Shown piece after piece: positions 36,060 to 47,900 of a stretch of DNA of 64,000 bases. The number at the start of each line of letters is the position of its first letter. Position 1 is the stretch's first letter. The DNA is from Enoplolaimus lenunculus (Eukaryota): assembly GCA_030248215.1 (NCBI GenBank), contig JASANG010000245.1, positions 124,001 through 188,000 on the forward strand, in the 5' to 3' direction. The notes beneath the pieces were generated by a model. The model had not been told where the DNA came from. It was given only the letters and a program-made list of their open reading frames with translations, and made no database searches. Both the position numbers and the translations under genes were made by a program.

Positions 36060-39000
36060 ATCGCACAGTACTACAGTATTTGGCTTCAAAGCATTAATTT
36101 AGTATGTGTGTCTTCTTGCAATAAAACTTGGCAAAAGGTACAAACCGAACTGGAATCGAATTTTGATGACTTCTCCGAGGCCTCTGAATTTTCAATTAAG
36201 TTTACGACAATTTCAAAAATCGGCCCTGAACATTGGAATTCAATCTAAATTCACAATGATGTTTGATTTTTAAGTAAAGCCAATTTTCTCAACGGAAACG
36301 TAAATCAACGTCATATTAGATTCGCAGCAAACAAAAATGTGGTTTATTTTTCAATTTAAAATACACACATTTAAAACAAACTTTGCGTTCATCGTTGTCA
36401 ATTCTTAGCGTAAAAATAACTAATCCACGTGGTTGCAGTGTTTGCAACCCGACGCCAACATACCTCTGTTAAAAATGTCGGAACCAGAGCCGGAACAGCC
36501 ACCCCCCATACCCCCATTTATGGGGCCTCTACCCTTAAAGAGAGCCCACTCTAGAAACAAAAACCGCCGAAGTTCTAAAATTCGTCTGGCTTCTCGTTCG
36601 TTTCGTTCGCGAGTTTGGGATTCCCATCCTGGAGTTTGTGGAGAGATCCCATGTCTGTCTACTCTGGCACTGGTTGGAAAGAAACATAAAATCTAATAGA
36701 ACAAAATATATAAACGAAACCTATACAATATTCTTAGATATATATCTATATATGTTAACTAAATTTATTAATACACTTAATTTGCGTATGTTTACAAAAT
36801 TCAGTTGGCAAATTGCCCAAAATACGTATGTGACGCGTTCCAGCTTTAATTTACAGATATGTGACAGCCTACTAGCCAATGCTTTGTAACCGAGTGATGA
36901 TGAAACCAATAGTTGTTAGCGGAATATTTAAACAGAACGCAGAATAGTCAACAACTGCTTCGTATCTGATTGTTGAAATTGGTTGTATATTTCTAGAACG
37001 TATAGTGCATCAATTTGGTCATGCAAATATTAACGTCAGTGACGGCGTCACCACTGGGGGCATCGTGGGGCCGTGCCCACCTCCAAATTTGGTTGCTGTC
37101 CTCCCCAAATTGACTCTGTCTAAAAGCCACCCCTGACATCAGTGTTTTCAGTCATTGGTAAACAAAAAATCCGGCCCGGTTGCTTCGGCCTGTCTACAGC
37201 GGCCAGTCCGAAGCCGTCAGGCCGGCTGGTAAGCGGCCGGTTTCACCTGTCCTTTGGTCTGCTTAAATATACTTTTTTTGGTTCGGTTTACCAGTGTATA
37301 TACTGCAATAAAGCAAAGACATATACAACAAGCCAGATAATAAGGCTGATTCCGAAATTAACCGAGATTCAGTAAAAAAAACTATTATTTTTCAGATGGT
37401 TTAAAATAATTTTCCAAAAAGCTGAGTGATATCGCAACCCCGCAGGGGCGCGTAAGCGTTACCGCAATCCACCGCAGGCATTTGAGTTTGTTTTAGTGTT
37501 ATGAAATTTAAAATTTATTTCAACGCAATCCATACAATATTAAAAACATATGATCAGCATAAAACAGTTACACAGCAGTAAAAAAATATCAACAATTATA
37601 TCACTGTTTTTACACCGTCAAAATAGAACTCAAATTAATATTTGCTCTGAAATGTGTTTTTCAAAATCTTGACCTGAAGCCGCCGACCGAACATTTAGAG
37701 AGAAGAAAGAGCCACCCACAAGACCATTGGAACTATCCAATGGGGACCCAATGAAATACTTCAACACCCTTTTTTATACGTTTGCGACCGTCCAAATAGT
37801 CACCAAAGCATAGGTTATGCCAAGAGTGGATGATCACGGACTCGAGTATGCAACAGTCGGGTTTCGCATAACACAAAATGTACCACCAGGCATTGCGTTT
37901 ATGCTGTACCTCTCCTTTATTTAGACGGGGGTCGATGTCCCATGATCCCATATTTCTGAAATTTTAAGACTGTAAACGAAGCACTTTTTGGCCAATGGCA
38001 TATTATGTATTTCTTTCGTTCTGTGCATATTTCAACCCCCCTCTAAATACGGAGGCGGTGGGTCAAAAACGCAACGTACGTTGTGTACATTGTTTTGTAC
38101 ACAGAATGTACCCAGCTGCACACTGTTGTTATATGATATATCATCCATTGTTGGTTATGCCAACAGTTGCACAAGTTTCAAAAACTGCGAAATATGCTTT
38201 GCTTGAACATCAGAACAAGCGAATATTTATTTTTTTAAACAAAACCATGTTTTCAAGCGAACCGCTTTAAAATGATCTTATAGCGTCCAATTGGCTAAAA
38301 TTTCGAAGAGTTTTCTAAAAAAAGGTTCATTTTCCACTGTGTCAGAATTTCACATATTCAAATATCGCTAATATTCTATATACAAACCATTTGAATAATA
38401 TATTTCTAATTAAAATATTAGCTTTATAATAATCTATAACGGAAGACATCGAACAACAGAAAAATTACTGGAAGCACATAATAACAAATCCACAATTTGA
38501 CCATTCACATTTGTATCTTTGAATGTTACAGAATTATAAATATATATTTATATATAAAGATATAATATATATCAATTTCGTCAAACGAGAATTGGTGTTC
38601 AGGGCATCCCAAACAACTACTGGAATACAAACTGATTTTGATTGGTTGTTCAGGTTTGACCATATTCAATGAATTTATGCTAAAATTCTATTAATTGGGT
38701 TCAAAACTAAAAGCTGCTACAATCAAATTTCGTGTTCCTTTTAAAACTGTAGATGGCTTACGAATTCTGTACAACAATAAGCAAACCAGCCAGAAGTATA
38801 TTGTATTCTCTGCGACTTTGGTTTAGTTTAATTGCACATGGTAATGTTGCCTAACGCCTTGAGGCCAATGTAAACAACAGAGACGGAAAAGTGGTATGAG
38901 CATATTCCTAAGCTTAAGCCTAAGCCTAAGGGTAAGAATGAGCATATTCCTAAGCCTAAGCCTAAGCCTAAGCATAAGAATGAGCATATTCCTAAGACTA

Positions 39001-41631
39001 AGCCTAAGCCTAAGTGTAAGAATGAGCATATTCCTAAGCCTAAGCCTAAGCGTAAGAATGAGCATATTCCTAAGCCTAAGCCTAAGCGTAAGAATGAGCA
39101 TATTCCTAAGCCTAAGCCGAAGCATAAGAATGAGCATATTCCTAAGACTAAGCCTAAGCCTAAGCGTAAGAATAAGCATATTCCTAAGCCTACCCTAAGC
39201 GTAAGCGTAAGAATGAGCATATTCTTAAGCCTAAGCCTAAGCGCAAGAATGAGCATATTCCTAAGCCTAAGCGTAAGAATGAGTATATTCCTAAGCCAAA
39301 GCCTAAGCGTAAGAATGAACATATTCCTAAGCCTAAGCCTAAGAGTGTAAGAATGAGCATATTCCTAAGCCTAAGCCTAGCAAAAATAAATTAGTCTAAA
39401 GTTTAAGCTTACTCTATTGCAGTTTCACAGAAAAACGTTCCGTCACTGATCTTTACATGGGCCAACGTTGATCGCAATACAACAAAAATAAGCATAAGCA
39501 ATCACCATCAAAATCAACTACACAAGCAAATTAGCATTTAGCGGTTAGCAAATCAATTATTATGTACAACCCCGAGAACGTTTACCTCCCAATTAGAAAG
39601 GATAGCAAAAGCCGCCGGCAGGAACCAAATGATAATAGAAATGGCATAAAATATATAACAGACCGCATCCTTAAAATGACTACTTTGTGGAATAATAGCC
39701 CGTATTCTCTAATGTGTATACCACCTATTATCACCAGTTAGTGATAGGTACTGTAACTTTAGAACCACCTCATGCAGTGGGGTTCGAAATTCAGCCACAT
39801 TGTTCGCGTTTGATTTGCCCTACTTCACTACCAATTTTGAGATCTGCAATCGCAGTTGTTCGTTAGTTTGAAAACCTATCGCTAACTGATGATAGGTACT
39901 ATACGCATTTGAGAATTTGGGCCAAGATTCTCAGGTAAGCTCTGGTCAATATAGGTTTCCGAAGGAGTACGCAATGGATGTGCCGGTATAAATCTTCGGT
40001 TCTCTAGCAAATATATATACTCTCTAAAAGCTTAAACTAACTTGATTTAAGCTTGAGCGAATCCAGCAGTATTAAACTAAAAGTTTCTAGATTAACTGAA
40101 GTATAACAGGTTGATTTACTGTTAAACTAAATTAATATCTTACGTATTTTTAGATTAAGTTTAGATTAGTGAACTCTTTGATACACGTAATTTCTAAGCA
40201 GGATATGCTATTCAAACCAAAAATAAGTTAACTTAAACTCGTGTTAAATTTAAAAATATGTTAGTTTAAGTAAAACTTAAAATTCACGTTTAGTTGTTAG
40301 TCCGTCCAGCCGTTTGAGTTTTACTTAAACTAATATTCAAGCTTAATTAAGCTGATAATTTAAGTTTTTTGAGACTATATATTATATATACAAATGTATC
40401 GCGAGTAAACATGGCGGAAATTTGCAGCATAAGCAGCTTACATGAAATTTTAGCCCGCGGATCAGATGGATACGCAAAATCTGCAATTTGCAGTTTAGAA
40501 TGTCGTGACAGGACGATTTCTACTCCAGTTGGCTAAAGCCCTATTCACACGTGCAAGTTTTTGCTCAAAAACTTGCAAAGATTATACGTTATGTTTGATA
40601 TTTATTGTAGTGGTCTGCAAAGGACGGACTATTAAAGCGAGCACAGTCTTTCAAGAATGCGGGTTATGCATGATACAATGATAGATACAATATTCATTAG
40701 AGCTATAACACCAAAGCCGTACATTATAAAATAAACGATAAAGTATTAACTAAACAGCCAGCACTGCAAAATCATACCAGTAAGTCACTGTTTCGTTATA
40801 GAAATAACGTAAATTATGTTTTTTTACGTTCAAAATTAGTTATAAATCACGTATATATCTCGTAAATTTTCGTTACAGACGCTGCGATTGTTCGAAATGA
40901 AATATAAATTACGACATTCATCCAAAATTTTACTTGTAAAAAACGCGATGCTGTTGTAAATTGCCAAAAATTCATTTATGTTGTGCCGTCCGATGCATCG
41001 TGGAACATCAAAGAATGTTGCAAACCTTTAGGCGCTTCCTTATCTCTAGAAATGCTGAATACAATGTCTTAGTTGCAAAGTAGACTGCTGAAGAATTATT
41101 GAGGTTGTGATGTGAACAAAATGCAAAATGGACAAAAACCGGGATGATATGTATATATGCACAGAAAACAGAAGGAATTGATATGATACAATAGGTATAT
41201 CGCAACACAGATATATATATTTATATATATATTTATATATCTATATATATTTATATATATATATAAATATATATGTATAATTTTAAAACGGGAGCCCGTT
41301 TTCTGAAATATGTGTAGCACCTATCACAAGTTGGTGATAGGTTCTAGATCTTTCGAACCTGTGGCTACTGAGGCTTAAAATTCAGCATATATTTCGCATA
41401 TAGATTTGCTCTACTTCCGAACCATTTTTGTGTTAAACAAATACCATTGTTATCAAGATTGAAAACCTATTACTAACTGATGATAGTTGCTATATACGTT
41501 TGAAATATGGGCCGATCTTAGGACAAATTAAACAAAACGTTTAAGGCTGGAAATTATCCATACTTATCTCCAAGATGGGTAAAAAATCTATATTTAAAAG
41601 ATTTCATTCAAATGATATATTTTGTTATTAA

Positions 41632-41835
41632 TCCCTTCTCACATTGAGTTAGCAATTGCAACACGTATACATAGTACTAAATCACCACAAGACGTGAAAG
41701 CCCCCTCGGGCTCGAGCGTCGAGCTCCTATAGCTGAGTGGTGATGGTATACACACACCACTCCAGTCACTGAAGTTCGAATCCTAGCATAAACGTAGGTC
41801 TCAGGAGAAATAAAAAATATTCATGTGATAAAGGA
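41632..41835 (+). mobile_element. piggyBac-like tRNA-module MITE in the SoxC 3' UTR
   Basis: TTAA on both sides; internal gctcctatagctgagtgg...agttcgaatcc. Confidence 0.75.
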
Positions 41836-41930
41836 TTAATTCATATTTTAAAGGTCCTGTGGTATAATTTTCGTAATTTTGAGTATTCAAATTTAATAAA
41901 CCATTTAAAAAGATCAAAGTCAAATTATGT

Positions 41931-43354
41931 TTAACCGATATCGTTTAACGCTACTGCAGTAAACGATGCAAAATCATCGACAGGTGGAAACAAATCAGTA
42001 ATATTATCCAAATCAGAAAGTTGATTATCACAGGTCGCATTGGTCACTGTGGAAGGATTAACTGGATAGCCGCAGCCATTGTGGGACGACGCGGTGTTAG
42101 TCACCCCGTAGCTGTTCGTAGTGCGAGTCATTCCGTGGGTCGTCGTCAAGTTATACTGCATCATGGGTGGCGCAGATTCGTTCGTTTTCACTTCGCCAAA
42201 ATTGGTTTCGGCACGGCGAGCAATTTTCGCTCGGGATGGCTCACAGATTGGCCGCTGCGCCTCGGCGAGTAAATCAGGTTTGAATTTTTTGACTTCGGTT
42301 CGCTGAACGGAATTATTGTTTGTATCAGTCGAGTCCAACTGAATGATCAGCGTTTGATTTTGATGACCAAATGCGTCATAATTGTTGAGCATTGGCGGAA
42401 AAGCCCTGGTGGACGTCGTTTGATGATTGCTGGAAACCGGTTGAAAGTTACCGAATGATCCATGACTAAAACCAGGTGGCGTTTGATATTCGATTGATTT
42501 TGGGCTTCGAATGCCATGCACAGCTGTAGGATTGTCACATTTTGCGATCGTTTGCGTCGAACCAGAAAATTGTCGACGTGAACCGTTTTCTGGACAAACA
42601 TCCGGTAACGGTTGCCCGTTTGGGATCCGGTGAGCCGGAGTGGAATGCGGAAATGGCGCGTTGTTTTCAAAGCTTTGGATTCGACGTTCATCGTACTCGT
42701 CCATCAGTGTTGCAGCGTCTTTGGAAACGTTACGGTGGTGGATATCCGTCATACCATTAATATTCACAATTTGAGGGATATAATCCGAATCCGTGCCGCC
42801 TCGGATTGAGTACTCTTGAGAAGTATGGAACCGGCCTGTTGGTGAGTCATCGAAATATCCTGATTCCGGTGATAACGGTATGCGTTGTTGACGCCATGGG
42901 GCAGTTTTGCTCGTAGTCTTGTTGTTGTTGTTGCGGTTGAAACTTTCGTTCAGTTCAACGATTACGTTAGACGAGTTAAAATTAACCGGTTGTGATTCGC
43001 TAGCAGTTTGTGCCGAAACAGTGACCATTGGAATGGGTTCGGTGTCGTTGAATCGATGAGCAACGTTAACCTTTGGTGATATCGCCGTGAAATTTGGTCC
43101 CGTTGATGGAGTTGAAGTTAATTGAGCGGAGAATACTCGATTGCCTTTGGTTGGTGGCCGCCAGTGGCCCGAGTCCAGCGAGTTCAACGTTGAGTTCGGA
43201 CTGTAATGAGCGAAGGTAGAGTGTGACGTAAATTCAGGAACGACTCGGAATCTAAAATCGGTTGAGCAGTCGGATTGAGCAAGCATTGCTTCGCTGCTGT
43301 AGATTACGGACGCGCACGTTACCGGTGCCTGATCCTTTTGGATCAACGGATAGT
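41931..43354 (-). CDS. SoxC: SoxC terminal coding exon (S/T/N/P-rich, about 473 aa)
   Basis: tttatttttcag acceptor (43355-56) joins phase 1 to give ...QNA-D-YPLIQK...; long open frame to TAA at 41931; combined protein about 864 aa. Confidence 0.85.
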
Positions 43355-43946
43355 CTGAAAAATAAATCAAATTTAAAATTAATCGGCACAACAGATCTTT
43401 ACCTAAAATGCCATGAAAGTTTCGAGTTAACAAAATTTTAAAATCCGCGACAAGATTAAACTCACCGACTTGTAATATAACGAAATGTATATGAATGCCA
43501 AACATAACTAATTTGCGACGTTTTGAAGCATTCTGATAACAGATATTAATTGTTAAACATCGCTAGCAATTATACAAATACACTGCAAAAAATGGTGAGT
43601 CAAATTGACTCTCTCTGAAATAGGCTTTTCCTGACTACACAAATTGGGTCAAAATTCGACTCCGCCAGAGTCAAACTGTGTCGAACTTGACTACAGGCGG
43701 AGTCGAATTTTGACTCAGTTTGTATAGTCAGGTAAAGCCTATTTTGGAGAGAGTCACTTTAGACTCACCATTTTTTGCAGTGTTGGGCCGAAGCAAAAAA
43801 AATTCTGTCCAATCACCCAACTAATAAATTCTTAAAAATGAGGTCAGCTACACGTGTCTCCCGCTAGAATTTTACACAAATATTCGCCAAATTCGATGCG
43901 ACTACAATAGTATTGTGTATTTCATCAAACTCGATGCCTGACTTAC

Positions 43947-45117
43947 CTGCATTTTGGTATCCATCCGTTGTTGAAAATCGTGAATCGACATAACTCGACG
44001 CCGCGTTCAGCGGATTTGGTGGCGATTCGTTGGTGGACGACGATCCAAACGACGAGCTTTCTTCTCGCGCTTGAATATCGTTTGTGAACTGAATTGGCTG
44101 AAATTCTTCTTGCTGCTGTGGCGGCATTTGTTCGTTCGCCATCAACAATTCCGACTGATACTCGTCGCAGTCTGCTCCAACGACGCTGCCGTCATCGGAA
44201 AGTTGTCCAGTGCCATACGAGCATCCTCCACGATGTTGACCGTAGTGTTTTTTCGGCTTTTTTCTTGGTCGATACTTATAATTTGGAAATTCTCGCAAAT
44301 GCAATAAACGTAATCGCTCTGCTTCTTCAATATACGGCTGTCGTTGATCATCGGAAAGTTCTCGCCAGCGTTTGCCGAGTTGTTTGCTTATTTCAGCGTT
44401 ATGCATATCAGGCGCTTTTTCACAAATGGCTCGACGTTCAATTTGAGACCAAACCATAAACGCGTTCATTGGACGTTTAACGTGCGCTTGTCTCGATGGT
44501 GCGGATTGATTCGGTTGTCCTGCTGCTGCTGATGATGTTGACGACGATTTTCCACAGTGTCCACCGGTCGATCCGCCAGTCGGCTTTTTTGATTTACAAT
44601 TTGTCGCATCCGAATACGGCGTTAGTGAGGTCGGTTTGACTTTGAGCGATCCAAACTGTGCAGTTACACTGTCGTGCGGAACTTTTTCAAACAATTTAGT
44701 TAAAGTGTACAAATTTTGATTTGACAGCGAGTTGTACTCAGGTGGAAACCCACAAAATCGACTCAGTTGACGCGGTGTGACGGCGTAATCAAACTGCGGC
44801 GACTGTTGTGTTGCTGTTGTTGCTGCTGTTGTTGTTGTGGTATTTGGCGATAATAATGGCTTCATTATGTTGGCACTTAGGTCCGGCTGCCTGTTTGTTG
44901 AGTTATTGCTGGCAATATAACAAGATTGGCGATACGATTGTGTAGAAATATGTGGCGTCGATTGTGTCGGCTGAGGTGCAAGTTGGTTTCTGAGATTGTA
45001 AAACGGTTGCTCGTAGGTGACCGGTGCAACTTCCGGGTGACATTCATGCGACGGCGTTGAGTCGGTCGTGTGTGTGGTGGTGCCGGTGAGGTTCGGTGCC
45101 GCTGTGAATGGCTGCAT
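43947..45117 (-). CDS. SoxC: SoxC (Sox4/11/12-type) HMG-box transcription factor, first coding exon
   Basis: HMG box [18 protein letters not shown]...[16 protein letters not shown]...EAERLRLLH...YKYRPRKK (about 44255-44484) is group-C diagnostic. [10 protein letters not shown] motif lies upstream. First in-frame ATG at 45117 (the ORF track starts at a TTG). GCAG|gtaagt donor at 43946. Confidence 0.93.
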
Positions 45118-45506
45118 GAAGCGTTTCCGGTGTGGGTGCAATAAAACGGATATAAAAATGATAGTTTGACGGTATTTTGTCTGAAACAGTTTATTTGGTT
45201 TTACATTTGAAATTGAAACATTAAATTAATAATTGAAAATTGGTTGAAAATTAAAATTTTAATTTGAGTAAACATCACTGGTAGGTTCTTAGCCTCTGTT
45301 GATGGAGGAAACCGTTGTAATAAGTGTGGGAGGTTCCCATTTTGAGTCCAAATCAATAGGAGTTTATATGAGTAATAAGAATGCATACGAGGATCAAGTT
45401 CATAAACCCTAATTAGAGTGTATATATGTCAATTATCTCTAATTGTAGTGCATAAATGACTCCAATACCAAATAAAGTTGAGTTCGAAAATTTAAAACAT
45501 ACTTAA

Positions 45507-45769
45507 CACTTTCTCACATGAATATTTTCTATTTTTCCAGAGACCTACGTTTATGCCAGGATTCGAACTCCAGTGACTGCAGTGGGAGGCGTATACCACC
45601 ACCACTCACCTATAGGAGCTTGACGCTCGAGCCAGAGGGGGCTCTCACGTCTTGTGGTGATTTAGTACTATGTATACCTGTTGCAGTTGTTCAACACGGT
45701 GCGATATATATTATTTAACGTATATATACTGCGCTGTGTTGCCTATAGGCAACTCAATGTGAGAAGGGG
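45507..45769 (-). mobile_element. piggyBac-like tRNA-module MITE nested in a family D MITE
   Basis: The host site acttaag seen in the copy near 335 is here split with TTAA duplicated. Confidence 0.8.
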
Positions 45770-47739
45770 TTAACTTTTGAAAGTACATTCCAAAGTATAA
45801 AACCTTGCATCATCGCTTACGCTTTTGATTCCAGACAAATAAACGTTTAACCGATAGTTGCGAAACCAAATACATATCGGTAACACGAAAGGGCGGCAGA
45901 TGGCGGGTTAAAAATAAACAACAGTCCGTAACCGAATAACAACGGAATCCGTTTGGAGATGCCAAATAAATATCAGTCCCTCCTCGTATTCAGGTCACTA
46001 CAGTATATCCTGATCCAAAATGAGGATACATGATTTGTTTAATTATGACAACACATTTAACAGCGAAGATGAATCACCCTTCATCGTCTCCTACCTTTCA
46101 TTGCTAAATCTTATACATTCCCAGAAATATTATAGGGCGTGCAATAAGTACTAAGTCAATATCGATTGTAAAGACAGACAAACTGGCACTATCAACCAAA
46201 TAAATTTGTACTATATACACATAAACCATTAATTTTCTTGACCTAACACTGTTAATCTGTAGGCTTACCTAATCCAATACGTAAACAAACCAGGTTTTAA
46301 TATCTAAACCTAAAAACGTGCTTAAGCTAATACCGTTGACTAAACATTAACTTTTAGGCGTTACGGTATCAGTATATGTGAATAGTTTTTGACTTCACAC
46401 CTAATATTAGCTGTCATAATTGTGTTTAGAGATAAGCAAAAACGTAGTTTTGTATTATCTACGACGGGTGGAGTTTAGCAAAATTATTGCAGGTCTTTTT
46501 TTCCCTGCTTGAATAGAGTAAACAATCGGCTAATGATAGCGTTTGACAATTCTCGGAAGACACACAGTGATTAACGTAAGTTTTAAGGATGTAACTTTGG
46601 TAGCGGGAATTTCGTCGTAAATGGGCGTTTATAAGGATTTTATAACTTGGAAAATGAACTGATGTTTATAGGAGCTTTGAGGCAGTGGTAGACCTTTGAT
46701 TTGAGCTTTACGGGCTCTTGTATAGAACAAGGTCGGAACAGTAGTGTAAGCATATTCCAAAGCCTAAGCCTAAGCTTAAGCCTAAGCGTATGAATGAGCA
46801 TATTCCTAAGCCTAAGCCTAAGCTTAAGCCTAAGCGTATGAATGAGCATATTCCTAAGCCTAAGCCTAAGCTTAAGCCTAAGCGTATGAATGAGCATATT
46901 CCTAAGCCTAAGCTTAAGCCTAATAGCCTAAGCAGAAAAGTTAGTCTGAAGCTGAAGCTGACAATATTACAGCCCCGCAGTGCCTGTTAATCGTCAGTGA
47001 ATATAACTATATTAATCAACGATGTTTCTAGATCGAAAACAGACTAAACCACGCGTTAATTGCCAATTCTTTGGCTGTAAAATATTAATTAGACGCTACG
47101 CGGGCATACACACAAAAAAGTATTTGTGAATTTATTCAAAACGCTATTTTCTGTGGTAAACCTGAAAAGTTTTTCTCATATTTAAGACAATTTGTCTAAA
47201 ACTAACTGGAAAACGTTTATTTTCAGACTTTATTTCAAAACGGTTTTGAGTACTTTTTTGTTATAACAGAAACACTTTTCAAGTGTATCTTGCTAATTAA
47301 TATATTTGTTAAATGTAAGAAATTTTTTCTTAAATATCAGAAATATTATTTTGTGTGTGGATGACACACTATTAAACGGTCCGAATTGTAAAAAGTTACT
47401 GTAAAAATTTACCGCCAAATATCTCAGCAAGGCTACGGAATTTTCACGCTAAATTGTTTTTTTTTAGAAAATATACTAAATATCATTTGAACTAAGGTGA
47501 TAACCGCAGTTTTTACCTGCAATTAGTTGAAGAAAAATTAACAAACAAATAAACAAACAAACATTTATTATAAAAGTTAGTTGCCGCATTAATCGAACAT
47601 AATATTATCGAATTAATCCTCTGCGCGTTATATATACTGCAAAATGCAGTTTTATATTAACGCGACTAAACGAAACTTTATAACACAACAACTGCAAAAT
47701 AGTGATTGAAAAATTGAAAAATTGCTAAAACTTTCACAG

Positions 47740-47900
47740 TTGCGGTTACGGTATATTTTGTTCTCATGACTTGGGTCGGCTCGATTGTGATTGGTGGTGT
47801 TCAAATGTGTAATGTGCGACCGCTGTTGTCAAGGGGACAGCCAGCGCAACCAATCAGGCATCAGGCGCGTAGCCAGAGGTCCAATGGTCTCTTATTCATA
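47740..47900 (-). promoter_or_regulatory. Candidate SoxC promoter, with a putative non-coding first exon ending at 47517
   Basis: TE-free, relatively GC-rich patch with three CCAAT boxes (about 47790, 47850, 47881). Minus-strand GCAG|gtaaaa donor at 47516 and tttcag acceptor at 45181-82 upstream of the ATG. Confidence 0.35.

Noticed and set aside
36433..36696. Proline-rich 87-aa ORF
   Set aside because: Overlaps a dispersed repeat (tcgcttcgctcgc-type block also near 5570, 22120, 25800, 53470, 55770); no homology recognised
43355..43946. ORF-track extensions 43864-43946 and 43355-43505 as coding sequence; two separate genes
   Set aside because: They lie beyond consensus donor and acceptor sites that join the two ORFs in phase; the interval also holds a MITE
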